Below, piece after piece: positions 10,487 to 21,537 of a stretch of DNA of 64,000 bases; positions within the stretch are counted from its first letter, which is position 1; each line of letters opens with the position of its first letter. Both the position numbers and the translations under genes were made by a program. Origin of the DNA: an uncultured Pseudomonadales bacterium (GTDB taxonomy: Bacteria; Pseudomonadota; Gammaproteobacteria; Pseudomonadales; UBA7239); the NCBI GenBank assembly GCA_964403125.1, contig CAYOEO010000005.1:1280-65279 (forward strand), given 5' to 3'. Under the pieces are notes generated by a model. It made no database searches. It was not told the origin of the DNA and was given only the letters and a program-made list of their open reading frames with translations.

Positions 10487-11164
10487 ATGAATTTGAATTG
10501 CTTGGCGATTGATACAGCGGGAACAGATTGCTGCGTTGGCTTGCTGCGCAGTGATGGACAGTTGTTCTCCCGTGTAGAGAGTGCAGTGCAATCGCATTCA
10601 CGTTGCATACTCGCCATGATTGATTCGCTGTTGGAACAAGCGAGTATTTCGCTGCCGATGGTGCAGTTGCTAGTATGGAATGCTGGTCCCGGATCTTTTA
10701 CGGGTATTCGTATTGCCGCTAGCATAGTGCAATCGCTCAGTTACAGCTTGCAAATTCCTTTTCTCTCTTTGTCCTCGTTGGAAATACTGGCGTACGCTGC
10801 CATGCAGAGAGAACCAAGCGCACCAGAAGTTAGAGTCGCGCTGGATGCGCGTATGAACGGCGTTTACTGGGCGAGCTTTGCTGTTGAACAAGGCGTGTTA
10901 CGGCGCACAGCAGAGGATCAGTTAATAGCTAAAGCAGCATTTGAGACGCAGCAGCAAACAGAAAAACTCAGCACTGCGTTGATGGTGGGGGATGCATGGT
11001 CATGTGCCACGCGGTTGGATATCAACATGGCTGATTTAATCGCGTTGGCGCAGACCAAGCCGCAACAAGATTGGCAATATCAAGCGGCTGACTGTTTGCC
11101 TAACTATGTGCAATCCAATGTGGGTTGGCAAAAACGTACACGGCTGCAAACACCCAATGCATAG
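10487..11164 (+). CDS. tsaB: tRNA t6A37 threonylcarbamoyltransferase complex dimerization subunit TsaB (YeaZ)
   Basis: LAIDTAGTDCCVGL and GPGSFTGIRI signatures are present in a 225-aa protein. Confidence 0.85.
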   Translation: MNLNCLAIDTAGTDCCVGLLRSDGQLFSRVESAVQSHSRCILAMIDSLLEQASISLPMVQLLVWNAGPGSFTGIRIAASIVQSLSYSLQIPFLSLSSLEILAYAAMQREPSAPEVRVALDARMNGVYWASFAVEQGVLRRTAEDQLIAKAAFETQQQTEKLSTALMVGDAWSCATRLDINMADLIALAQTKPQQDWQYQAADCLPNYVQSNVGWQKRTRLQTPNA

Positions 11165-11172
11165 CCCGCGTT

Positions 11173-13572
11173 TTAGAACAGGTAATCGTTATCGCTCTTG
11201 TTTGTGTTGTCGTCGTCGGTGCTTGGTGTGCTGCCGTTGTTGGCATCGTCACCACGAAAAATTTCAAAGCCACTGTCGGTGTCCTCAGCGGCTGAGGGCT
11301 GTCCTGTATCGGTGTGTGTTTTTACCGTGACTAAACCGGCGGGGATATTTCGCTCAACAACGGGGCGATCTTTGAGCGCCTCGCGCATAAATGAAATCCA
11401 AATAGGCAGTGCGGCAGTGCCGCCGTATTCGCGTCTACCCAGCATGGTATTGGCATCAAATCCCATCCAAGCCGCAGTGACAATCGAAGGGTTATAACCA
11501 ACAAACCATGCATCGGTGGGTCCGTTTGTGGTGCCTGTTTTGCCAGCAATGTCGCTGCGCTGCAATACCATCGCTGCGTGCCCTGTGCCGCGACGGATGA
11601 CATCTTTCAGCATGTCATCAATGATGTAAGCCGTTTGCGCGTCTACAACGCGCGGTGCCAGTTCTGTTGTGTCGCTGGTTGCTGCTTGAGGATTCTGCTC
11701 ACAATCCGCGCAAGTAATTTTGTATTTTTGTTGAAAAACAATATGACCTTTAGGATCTGAAATTTTTTGCACCAGAAAAGGTTCTACTTTAAATCCACCA
11801 TTGGACAACACGGTGTACGCAGTAGCCATCGTAAACGGCGTGAAAGCATGAGAGCCCAGTGCTAAAGACAGGTTGGGATCCATATCGCTGATGTCAAAGC
11901 CAAACCTCGGCAAACTGTTGATTAGGGATTTCACACCGATACTTTGTAACAGGCGAATCGCTACCATATTGCGCGATTGATACAGCGCTTGTCGCAGCGG
12001 AATCATGCCAAGGTAGCTGCCACCGTGATTTTCTGGTCGCCAAGGTTTAGACATGCCTGCTTCTTGAAATACGATACGGGCATCGTTGACCAGCGAGGCT
12101 GGCGTATAGCCATTCTCCAATGCTTTGAGATAAATAAACGGTTTAAAGCTGGAACCTGGCTGGCGCAAGGCCTGAGTCGCGCGATTAAATTTGCTGTAAG
12201 CAAAGTCGGTACCGCCAACTAGTGCGATAACCGCACCTGTTTGGCTATCGAGAGATACCAGTGCAGATTGAACGTGAGGAATTTGCCCAATCTCCCACTG
12301 GTTTTCACCTTTGGAGCGTACGCGAATTAAATCGCCAACTTGAAATACTTGTGCAAAGTTTTTAGGTGCGGGACCAACATAGTCTTCCGATTTATAAGGC
12401 TGTAAGCGTTTTGCTTGCGCGGCACTCCACGCTATTGTTGTAACTCGATTATCAGAGAGGGCGATGGTGATAGAAGATTTGCCAATTTTTGCAACAATAG
12501 CGGGTTCTAAATCGCTCACTGCTGCAAAATCACGTAGCACTATCGACCAGTAGCTTGGAATCTGTTTGGAAGGTAAAGGCGGTGTTGGAAAATGTTTTTC
12601 AGCACCGCGGTAGCCGTGGCGATTGTCGTAATCGACTGCACCATCCCACACTGATTGCTTGGCGATAAGCTGTAGTTTGGAATCAACGGTAGTCTGCACG
12701 ATATAGCCACCGTTGTACGCTTCGCTGCCTAATTTATCGACGGCAAACTGTCTTGCCATTTCCGCGACATAAGGCGCATCAATATCTGTTTTTAAACCGT
12801 GATAGCTCGCAGTTTCCGGCTCGGCGTGTGCTTTTTCGTAAGCAGGCTTATCGATATAACCTAATGACAACATGCGTCCCAAAATCCAGTTGCGACGAAT
12901 CAGTGCGCGCTCAGGATTGACCAGAGGATTATAAGAAGATGGCGCTTTAGGCAACCCAGCTAGCATCGCCCATTGTGCAAGTGAAAGTTGATCCAGTGTT
13001 TTTCCGTAGTACACGTATGCAGCGGATTGCGCGCCGTAGGCTTTGTGACCTAAGTAGATTTTATTGACGTAGAGCCCAAAGATTTGTTCTTTTTTTAGCG
13101 TGCGTTCCAGTTGTATCGACAAAAGTATTTCGTTGAATTTGCGGATAAAAGTTTTCTCTGAACTGAGAAAAAAATTCCGCGCTAGCTGCATGGTAATTGT
13201 GCTGCCGCCAGAGCGGATGTGCCCTGTTTTGACTAACTCCACCGCAGCTCGCGCCAAGCCGGTAGGATCTACGCCCCCGTGTTCAAAGAAGCGATCATCT
13301 TCGGCTGCCAGCACGGCATGCACATATAAAGAAGGAAGGGCTGAGTAGGGCAGTGGTTCGCGCCGCATTTCACCAAACTCGCCAATTAACAGGCCGTCCT
13401 TGCTGAGAATTTTGAGCGGTGTCTGGAGCTTGAGGTCAAGAATGCTATCTATTTTGGGCAATTGTGGGGCTAGATAAAGGGTAAAACCGGCAATAACAGC
13501 CGTTCCAGCCGCACAAGACAGCAGGATTCCAAGAGTAACAAACCGGATAAACCAGAGAATAAAACGCATCAA
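11173..13572 (-). CDS. mrcA: Penicillin-binding protein 1A (bifunctional transglycosylase/transpeptidase)
   Basis: Glycosyltransferase motifs EDDRFFEHGG and GGSTITMQLARN and transpeptidase motifs SSFKP, SRN and KTGTT are present. It is divergent from pilM, as in pseudomonads. Confidence 0.9.
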   Translation of the reverse strand: MMRFILWFIRFVTLGILLSCAAGTAVIAGFTLYLAPQLPKIDSILDLKLQTPLKILSKDGLLIGEFGEMRREPLPYSALPSLYVHAVLAAEDDRFFEHGGVDPTGLARAAVELVKTGHIRSGGSTITMQLARNFFLSSEKTFIRKFNEILLSIQLERTLKKEQIFGLYVNKIYLGHKAYGAQSAAYVYYGKTLDQLSLAQWAMLAGLPKAPSSYNPLVNPERALIRRNWILGRMLSLGYIDKPAYEKAHAEPETASYHGLKTDIDAPYVAEMARQFAVDKLGSEAYNGGYIVQTTVDSKLQLIAKQSVWDGAVDYDNRHGYRGAEKHFPTPPLPSKQIPSYWSIVLRDFAAVSDLEPAIVAKIGKSSITIALSDNRVTTIAWSAAQAKRLQPYKSEDYVGPAPKNFAQVFQVGDLIRVRSKGENQWEIGQIPHVQSALVSLDSQTGAVIALVGGTDFAYSKFNRATQALRQPGSSFKPFIYLKALENGYTPASLVNDARIVFQEAGMSKPWRPENHGGSYLGMIPLRQALYQSRNMVAIRLLQSIGVKSLINSLPRFGFDISDMDPNLSLALGSHAFTPFTMATAYTVLSNGGFKVEPFLVQKISDPKGHIVFQQKYKITCADCEQNPQAATSDTTELAPRVVDAQTAYIIDDMLKDVIRRGTGHAAMVLQRSDIAGKTGTTNGPTDAWFVGYNPSIVTAAWMGFDANTMLGRREYGGTAALPIWISFMREALKDRPVVERNIPAGLVTVKTHTDTGQPSAAEDTDSGFEIFRGDDANNGSTPSTDDDNTNKSDNDYLF

Positions 13573-13714
13573 ATATATTAAAAATCAATAAGTTACATGG
13601 ATAATGTTGCGAGGTTTTATACGGAGTGCATTATAAATGTGATTTTGTGAATTAGGTATCGGTTTGGGTGCTTGCAGACTTTACTTAAAGTAATGTAGCA
13701 TCACCTCGTCGTAA

Positions 13715-14802
<1,088 letters not shown>

Positions 14803-14803
<1 letters not shown>

Positions 14804-15381
14804 TGGCCACAAAGATTAACTTGCTGCCTTGGCGGGCTGAGCTGCGGGAGCAAAAGAAGAAAGAGTTTTTGGCGGTCTTAGGTGCAAGTGCTGTAGTGGG
14901 ATTGCTGGTTTTTGCTGTTTGGTATTTGGCCCTGGTTGGTTTGGTTGATCACCAAAAGCAGCGCAATGACAAAATTCAGAGTGAAATATCTTCTTTAGAC
15001 AAGAAAGTAAATGAGATTGAAGATCTGAAAAAACAGCGTGCAGATATGCTGGATAGAATAAAAGTAATTCAAAGCTTGCAGGGTAACCGCCCGTTAATTG
15101 TGCATATTTTTGATGAGTTGGTTAATAGATTGCCAGATGGTGTTTTCTTCTCGCGCGTAGAGAGAAAAGGGGATCAAATTTTAATCAGTGGTACCGCTGA
15201 GTCTAACAATAGAGTTTCAACATTAATGCGTGATTTGAATAACTCGGAGTGGCTGCAAAATTCTGTGTTGACCAAGGTGCAGGCTAATCCATCATTTGGT
15301 GAGCAGGGAACTGATTTCGATATCAGTATAGATGTAGTTCTGCCTGATGCTAATAAAGACAAAAAAGAGGGTGCAAAATAA
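14803..15381 (+). CDS. pilN: Type IV pilus assembly protein PilN
   Basis: INLLPWR signature followed by a single TM helix. The start overlaps the pilM stop. Confidence 0.85.
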
Positions 15382-16145
15382 TGTCACTCCAAGAGAATTT
15401 AGAACAAATCAAGAATGATTTTAGCAACTTAGACCCGGAGAATATGGGCTCATGGCCCTTGCCTGTAAAAGTTGTCTGTTGGGTGCTAATGGCAATTGTT
15501 GTAGTTATTCTCTCTTATCAATTTGTGTTGAGTGAGAAATCGGCTGAATTGGAGCAACAAATTCAAAAGGAAGCCACGTTACGCAGCAGCTTTGAAAATA
15601 AAGTCGGCGAAGCGGCTAACTTGGATGCTTACAAGTCGCAAATGAAAGAAATGAAACAATCATTTGATGCATTGGTTAAGCAGTTGCCTAAAGATACAGA
15701 GGTGCCTGGATTGCTGGATGATATTTCCAATGCTGGGCAGTCTAGTGGCTTGAATATTGGTTACATTAAATTGTTGCCAGAAAAAAAGGCTGATTTTTAT
15801 GTGGAGTTACCGATTGATATACAAGTGAGCGGTGGTTATCACGATTTTGGAACTTTTGTGAGCGCAATTGCAGGATTGCCCCGTATAGTGACATTGCATG
15901 ATTTTGTTATTACGCCAGCAGGTGTTGCAGCTAAGCAGTCTGGTGGAGCAGTAGCAAGACCGACAAAAGCTGATAGCGATTCGCGTGGCAGCGAAGAGTT
16001 GTCAATGACAATTACAGCTAAAACGTACCGCTATAAATCCAGCGACGAAATGGGAAGTGTTACAGCTAAAGTCGGTGCGGCTGCTAATAAAGCTGGCACT
16101 AATAAGGCTGGTGTGAATAAAGCTGGCAAAGGTGGTGGCAAATGA
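15381..16145 (+). CDS. pilO: Type IV pilus assembly protein PilO (with internal insertion and C-terminal NKAG-repeat tail)
   Basis: It has an N-terminal TM helix, a coiled coil, a core ending in TITAKTYRY, and the expected operon position. At 254 aa it is longer than the usual roughly 200 aa. Confidence 0.8.
   Translation: MSLQENLEQIKNDFSNLDPENMGSWPLPVKVVCWVLMAIVVVILSYQFVLSEKSAELEQQIQKEATLRSSFENKVGEAANLDAYKSQMKEMKQSFDALVKQLPKDTEVPGLLDDISNAGQSSGLNIGYIKLLPEKKADFYVELPIDIQVSGGYHDFGTFVSAIAGLPRIVTLHDFVITPAGVAAKQSGGAVARPTKADSDSRGSEELSMTITAKTYRYKSSDEMGSVTAKVGAAANKAGTNKAGVNKAGKGGGK
16086..16130 (+). repeat. 3 x 15-nt imperfect tandem repeat encoding NKAGT/NKAGV/NKAGK at the PilO C-terminus
   Basis: Units are aataaagctggcact, aataaggctggtgtg and aataaagctggcaaa, read directly from the DNA. 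Confidence 0.85.
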
Positions 16146-16711
16146 TAAATATGGAAGCCAGTAAGCGTATTTTTTCTAAGAGATCTATTATTGGCGTTTG
16201 CGTGCTGTTGCTTGCAGGCTGCGGTGATGGCGGTATGTCGGACCTTGATAACTATATGCAGGAAGTTCGAGCTAGACCGGTCAAGCAAATTGATCCTATC
16301 CCTACTTTTCCTCAGTTTGATACCTTTGCTTATAAATCGTCAGGAAAGCGCAGTCCATTTGAAAAGCCTCAGGCGTTACAAGAGATAGATATTGATGGTA
16401 ATAAGGTCACGGGTGGAGTGGTTGTTAAACCGGATGAATTAAGGCCAAAGGAATATTTGGAACAATTTAATATCAGCTCAATCACCATGGTTGGCACAGT
16501 GACTAAAGATGGTGAAATGTGGGGCTTGGTCGATGATGGCACTTCCAATATTCACCGCGTACAAGTGGGCAACTACATGGGGCGCAATCATGGAAAAATT
16601 TATCACATTGATAAAGGACGAATTGATCTAAAAGAAATAGTGCCCAACGGACCGGATCAATGGGTGGAGCGTCCCAAGACGCTACAATTGCGCGAATCAG
16701 CAGAACAATAA
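16142..16711 (+). CDS. pilP: Type IV pilus assembly lipoprotein PilP
   Basis: Lipobox LLAGC after a signal peptide, in the expected operon position, with an ATGA overlap with pilO. Confidence 0.8.
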   Translation: MINMEASKRIFSKRSIIGVCVLLLAGCGDGGMSDLDNYMQEVRARPVKQIDPIPTFPQFDTFAYKSSGKRSPFEKPQALQEIDIDGNKVTGGVVVKPDELRPKEYLEQFNISSITMVGTVTKDGEMWGLVDDGTSNIHRVQVGNYMGRNHGKIYHIDKGRIDLKEIVPNGPDQWVERPKTLQLRESAEQ

Positions 16712-16728
16712 AGTTTAGGTAAAAAATA

Positions 16729-18900
16729 ATGTACCAGTCGAGCATAACTAAAATGGAAAGGGGTGGCCTTGTGAAAAATCTGAAAAAAATATTAGCGGTA
16801 TCTACGCCGCTCCTGTTTTCTTTCTGGTCTGTGGCCACTCAGGCTACCACGCTGGAAAATATTTCATTTGCATCACTTCCAGGTGATCGATTTGAAGTGA
16901 AGATGGATTTTGATTCCAAGCCGGTAGAGCCGAAAGGCTACAACATTGATAAGCCAGCTCGTGTGGTAATGGATTTTGAAGGCGTTGAAAGCGCGCTGAA
17001 AGAGAAAAAGTATCCGCTTTCTTTTGGCAGTGCCAAGAGCGCCAATGTGCTGTCTGATGGTGGCAGAACGCGCTTGATTCTTAATATGACGCAGTTGGAA
17101 ACGTATAAAACACGTTTCGATGGCAATAGCTTCATCATGACTGTGGGCAAAAATGAAGTTCAAGAAGTCAATAAAAAAGGTAGAAGTCTTGCCGAAAAAA
17201 TCACTTCAGATACAGCGTCTTACGGTTCAGCGATTAGGGATGTTGATTTCCGCCGTGGTGATAACGGCGAAGGAAAAGTAGTTATCTCAATGACTGACCC
17301 TAATGTCAGTGTTGGCGTAGAGGATACTGGCAGCCAAATCACAGTTAACTTTAGTAATACTCAGTTGCCAACAAATCTGAGAAGAAAATTAGATGTCACG
17401 GATTTTGCAACTCCAGTGCAGTCAGTGTCTTCAGATTTTAATAGTGGAAATGCCGTATTTACTATTAAGGCTGGTGGTAATTATGACTACATGGCCTACC
17501 AAACCGATAATCAGTACGTGATTAGTGTTAAACAGCTTTCTGCAAAAGAGCAAGAGGAACGGTCGCAGAAGTTCAGCTATACCGGTCAGAAATTATCATT
17601 GAACTTCCAAGATATTCCTGTGCGTTCTGTGTTGCAGTTGATTGCAGACTTTACAGAGCTGAACTTGGTTGCAAGTGATACGGTAGAAGGAAAAATTACA
17701 CTGCGCCTAGATAATGTGCCTTGGGATCAGGCCTTGGATTTGGTATTAAAAACTAAAGGCTTGGATAAGCGGCAAGTGGGTAATGTGTTGATGGTTGCTC
17801 CTGCTGCCGAAATTGCAACGCGCGAACGCGAAGAAATTGAAGCCGCTAAACAAATGCGAGAATTGGCACCATTGCGTACAGAGTTTGTGCAAATTCTTTA
17901 TGCGGATGCAAAAGATATTTACAAACTATTTGAGAAGTCAGGCAAGAATGGTGGATCAGATTCAGCGGAGAGCTTGTTGTCATCTCGCGGTTCTGCAACA
18001 TTGGATACGCGAACTAACTCTATTACTGTTCACGACACAGAAGAGAAAATTAAGCAAATCCGTGATTACATCAAGCGTGTTGACATCCCTGTGCGCCAAG
18101 TTTCCATCGAAGCGCGTATTGTGCGAGCGACCTCTGGCTTCCGTGAAGATTTGGGAGTGATGTGGGGGCTTGATATGCGAGCAGCTAAAGAAACTTTTTT
18201 GAATAGCTCCATCAATAACGTGTTAAGTGAAAGTAATGCATCGGGTCGTGGCGGCTATATTAAGAATGACGACTTAGACGCAATTAGCACGCCGACTGGT
18301 GCGGATTCTATGGTTGTGGATATGAGGGCTAAACCGGAAGAGGGTGACCCAGGTTCATTCTCCATCGGGTTCCTTGGCAATGATGGTTGGTTAGCGGTTG
18401 AATTATCTGCCTTGGAAAAAACTGGCAAAGGTGAGGTGGTATCACAACCCAAAGTAATTACTGGCGATAAGCAAAAAGCAGTAATTAAGAGCGGTCAAGA
18501 AATTGGTTATCAAGAAGCAACATCGAGTGGTGCGTCTACCACTTCATTTAAAGAAGCTGTATTGAAGTTGGAAGTGACGCCACAAATCACGCCAGATGAC
18601 CGCATCATCATGGATCTTGTGATTAACAAGGACAGTATTGAGAGCTTTGTTGCAGGTATCCCTGTTATTGACACCACGGAGTTGACTACTCGTGTTTTGG
18701 TTAACAATGGTGAAACAGTGGTGCTAGGTGGTATCTTCGAAAACGAAACCGTTGATACCGTGAAGAAGATCCCATTCTTAGGTGATTTGCCGATGGTAGG
18801 GCGCTTCTTCCGCAATACTTCGAAGAGTGACAACAAGACTGAATTGCTGATCTTTGTAACGCCTCGCTTGCTACAGGATCCGCTTGCTGATAAGCGTTAA
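16729..18900 (+). CDS. pilQ: Type IV pilus secretin PilQ
   Basis: The 723-aa protein has a signal peptide, AMIN-like N-terminal repeats and a secretin C-terminal domain (VLGGIFE ... IPFLGDLPMVGRFF ... ELLIFVTPR). Confidence 0.9.
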   Translation: MYQSSITKMERGGLVKNLKKILAVSTPLLFSFWSVATQATTLENISFASLPGDRFEVKMDFDSKPVEPKGYNIDKPARVVMDFEGVESALKEKKYPLSFGSAKSANVLSDGGRTRLILNMTQLETYKTRFDGNSFIMTVGKNEVQEVNKKGRSLAEKITSDTASYGSAIRDVDFRRGDNGEGKVVISMTDPNVSVGVEDTGSQITVNFSNTQLPTNLRRKLDVTDFATPVQSVSSDFNSGNAVFTIKAGGNYDYMAYQTDNQYVISVKQLSAKEQEERSQKFSYTGQKLSLNFQDIPVRSVLQLIADFTELNLVASDTVEGKITLRLDNVPWDQALDLVLKTKGLDKRQVGNVLMVAPAAEIATREREEIEAAKQMRELAPLRTEFVQILYADAKDIYKLFEKSGKNGGSDSAESLLSSRGSATLDTRTNSITVHDTEEKIKQIRDYIKRVDIPVRQVSIEARIVRATSGFREDLGVMWGLDMRAAKETFLNSSINNVLSESNASGRGGYIKNDDLDAISTPTGADSMVVDMRAKPEEGDPGSFSIGFLGNDGWLAVELSALEKTGKGEVVSQPKVITGDKQKAVIKSGQEIGYQEATSSGASTTSFKEAVLKLEVTPQITPDDRIIMDLVINKDSIESFVAGIPVIDTTELTTRVLVNNGETVVLGGIFENETVDTVKKIPFLGDLPMVGRFFRNTSKSDNKTELLIFVTPRLLQDPLADKR

Positions 18901-19475
18901 TGACGGAAAAAAGTAAAGGCGGCGAAAGCCTTACAGTTCTTCAGAGTTGTTCTACTTCTCCTAACGTGTATCTTGTCGGCCCCATGGGGGTCGGCAAGAC
19001 CACCGTAGGCAGATCGCTAGCAGAAGCGCTTAATCTACATTTTGTTGATGTTGATAAAGAAATAGAGTTGCGTGCTGGTGCCGATATTTCGTGGATATTT
19101 GATGTCGAGGGCGAATCTGGATTCCGTCAACGCGAATCTCGAACCTTGGAGGATATTGCTGCGCAGACGGGGCAACTGATTGCCACAGGTGGTGGCATCG
19201 TTCTGTCTGAAGCTAACCGTCAAATCATCAAACGGTCAGGGTATTGCGTCTATCTCAAGGCGGATTTACAGCAACTTGTACACAGAATCGGTCGGGACAA
19301 AAAAAGACCACTGCTGCGTACGGGCAACCCGCGTGAAGTTTTGCGCAAAATTTTGGAAGAGCGTGAGCCTATGTACATGGATGTGGCTGATTGTGTGGTG
19401 CAAACCACTGCAAAACCCATGAGGTATGTCGTTCGCGAAGTTATTCGCCTCTATCGGTTGCATTATAATTGTTGA
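18900..19475 (+). CDS. aroK: Shikimate kinase
   Basis: P-loop GPMGVGKTTVGR is present. There is a TAATG overlap with the pilQ stop, and pilQ-aroK-aroB synteny is conserved. Confidence 0.9.
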   Translation: MTEKSKGGESLTVLQSCSTSPNVYLVGPMGVGKTTVGRSLAEALNLHFVDVDKEIELRAGADISWIFDVEGESGFRQRESRTLEDIAAQTGQLIATGGGIVLSEANRQIIKRSGYCVYLKADLQQLVHRIGRDKKRPLLRTGNPREVLRKILEEREPMYMDVADCVVQTTAKPMRYVVREVIRLYRLHYNC

Positions 19476-19502
19476 TCGTTTTGTTCTCGTCGGTATGTTC
19501 TT

Positions 19503-20588
19503 GTGAAAAACCTTTCCGTTGCACTAGGGGAGAGATCCTATCCAATCTACATTGGTAGTGGTCTATTAAATGATGCCTCTTGTGTGCTGCCGCATGTCGC
19601 TGCTAGACAAGTTTTAATCGTTACCAATGTTCGTGTTGCACCTTTGTATTTAGAGCGCGTGCAGCAATTGTTTGGTGGATTGCACTGCGGTGTGGTTGTA
19701 CTGCCCGATGGAGAGATGCACAAAAATCTTGAAACAATGAATCAAATTTTTGACGCATTAATTCGAGATAAGCACAGCCGAACGACAACATTGGTTGCGC
19801 TCGGTGGTGGTGTTATCGGTGACATGACAGGTTTTGCTGCTGCTTGCTATCAACGCGGTGTTGCATTTATTCAAATTCCCACAACTTTGTTGGCGCAAGT
19901 GGATTCCTCAGTTGGTGGCAAAACAGGCGTAAATCATCCGCTGGGTAAAAATATGATCGGCGCATTCCATCAGCCGGAATGTGTATTGATTGATGTTGAG
20001 ACTTTGAGCACGCTGCCTGATCGTGAATACCGTTCTGGTTTGGCAGAAGTTGTCAAATACGGCTTAATTAACGATGGTGGTTTTTATAAGTGGTTAGATG
20101 AAAATACTGACCAATTAGTGCAAAGAAAAACAGATGCGTTGATTCACGCCATCGAGTGCTCATGCAGTAACAAAGCGCAAATTGTTGCGATTGATGAAAA
20201 AGAGTCTGGTGTACGCGCTTTACTAAATTTAGGGCATACTTTTGGACACGCCATTGAGGCGTGGCAGAACTACACAGGTTTTTTGCACGGGGAAGCAGTC
20301 GCGATAGGTTCTGTCATTGCTGCTGAATTGTCCGTGGTGTTAGGAATGCTCAGTGGTGAAGAACGTGATGCTATTCGAGTGCTTATGACTCGTATTGGTT
20401 TGCCAGTTAATACGCCAGAAAGTATGACGGCAGATATGTTTATTGATTTCATGCAACGCGATAAAAAAATATTGGACGGCAAGTTGCGATTAATTTTGTT
20501 GGAATCTATTGGTAAAGCGGTTATCAGAGATTCTGTGCCAACTGATTTGATTAAACAGGCAATTGATGCCTGTCGTACAAAAGTGTAA
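19503..20588 (+). CDS. aroB: 3-dehydroquinate synthase
   Basis: The 361-aa protein has GGGVIGDMTGFAAA, VDSSVGGKTG and LNLGHTFGHA motifs. It uses a GTG start. Confidence 0.95.
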   Translation: MKNLSVALGERSYPIYIGSGLLNDASCVLPHVAARQVLIVTNVRVAPLYLERVQQLFGGLHCGVVVLPDGEMHKNLETMNQIFDALIRDKHSRTTTLVALGGGVIGDMTGFAAACYQRGVAFIQIPTTLLAQVDSSVGGKTGVNHPLGKNMIGAFHQPECVLIDVETLSTLPDREYRSGLAEVVKYGLINDGGFYKWLDENTDQLVQRKTDALIHAIECSCSNKAQIVAIDEKESGVRALLNLGHTFGHAIEAWQNYTGFLHGEAVAIGSVIAAELSVVLGMLSGEERDAIRVLMTRIGLPVNTPESMTADMFIDFMQRDKKILDGKLRLILLESIGKAVIRDSVPTDLIKQAIDACRTKV

Positions 20589-20597
20589 GAGGTTGTT

Positions 20598-21434
20598 TTG
20601 AGCGATTTTTCGACGAGAAAAGAGCCTTCCGTTTCAGGAAGATCAATCGCTGATTTTGACAAATCATTTGCAGATGATGCAGATATTTTGCTCGATGAGT
20701 CTGTTGTGGGTGGCGAAACATTGGTGGCGGAAAATCGGCGTACTTATTCGTCGCTACCACTGGCAAGAAAAAAGAAATCGTCAGCAGGAATGCTGTTACT
20801 TGTAGCTGGTGTTTGTTTGGGTGGAGTGCTGTGGCTGGTGAGTCGCAGTGGTTCAAATACGCCACAGCCGATACTCGCTCCCTTGTCGGTTGCGCCTTCT
20901 ACGTCAGCACCAATGCCTAGTGTGGCGGTTGTGGCTTCACCTGTCGTTATGCCGCCTCAGCCCGCACCTCAAGCATCCTCGCCATCTCCTCAGGTGACTA
21001 CTGAGGTGCGGTCTGTGAATACGATGCCTCCTGCTGATGCGGTACAAAAACCAGTCCCTTCTAAGTCTGAAATCGTTAAGAAGGAAGTAGCAAAAAAAGA
21101 AGTTGCGAAGAAAAAGGCAGCCATTGAGAAAAACAGCACTAAGCAGGTCGGCGCTGTGAAATGGAAGGAGAGCCCTGAGCGCTTTACTGTGCAGTTGGTT
21201 GCCGCGTTTAGTGAGTCGGGCGTGAAGCGAATACAGGCACAATTGCCGGCGACAACACCGAATACCATCCATAGAGTCACTAAAGAGGGCAGGCCTTGGT
21301 TTGTGTTGGTCTATGGTTCCTATGCAAGCAAGCAAGAAGCGGCAAAAGCGCAAGCACAGCTGCCAGCCGCACTGAAAAAAGACCTGAAGCCTTGGGTGCG
21401 TAAACAAGGCGAGGTATTCGGCTCCAAAGGCTGA
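20598..21434 (+). CDS. SPOR-domain cell-division protein (DamX-like)
   Basis: It has a TM helix (LLLVAGVCLGGVLWLV), a Pro/Ala/Ser-rich linker and a C-terminal SPOR-like domain (FTVQLVAAFSE ... WFVLVYGSYASKQEAAKA). Its position after aroB matches damX. Confidence 0.7.
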   Translation: MSDFSTRKEPSVSGRSIADFDKSFADDADILLDESVVGGETLVAENRRTYSSLPLARKKKSSAGMLLLVAGVCLGGVLWLVSRSGSNTPQPILAPLSVAPSTSAPMPSVAVVASPVVMPPQPAPQASSPSPQVTTEVRSVNTMPPADAVQKPVPSKSEIVKKEVAKKEVAKKKAAIEKNSTKQVGAVKWKESPERFTVQLVAAFSESGVKRIQAQLPATTPNTIHRVTKEGRPWFVLVYGSYASKQEAAKAQAQLPAALKKDLKPWVRKQGEVFGSKG

Positions 21435-21451
21435 TTTACTGCAATTTTTCC

Positions 21452-21481
21452 TTCACAAAAGGGGTGCTTTTTCGCTAGAAT
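21452..21481 (+). promoter_or_regulatory. Candidate sigma-70 promoter for gltBD
   Basis: TTCACA (21452-21457), an 18-nt spacer and TAGAAT (21476-21481), each 5/6 to consensus, lie about 55 nt upstream of the gltB ATG. Confidence 0.35.
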
Positions 21482-21537
21482 CGCCCCCCCTGCCCCTCCC
21501 ACCAATGTTTTATCACTCTAGATAGCGGAGAAGAGTT

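Noticed and set aside
21484-21499. C7 run and C-rich tract (cgccccccctgcccctccc) between the candidate gltB promoter and the start codon
   Set aside because: It is shorter than typical phase-variable tracts and lies upstream of an essential housekeeping operon. I noted it only as a 5'-UTR feature.
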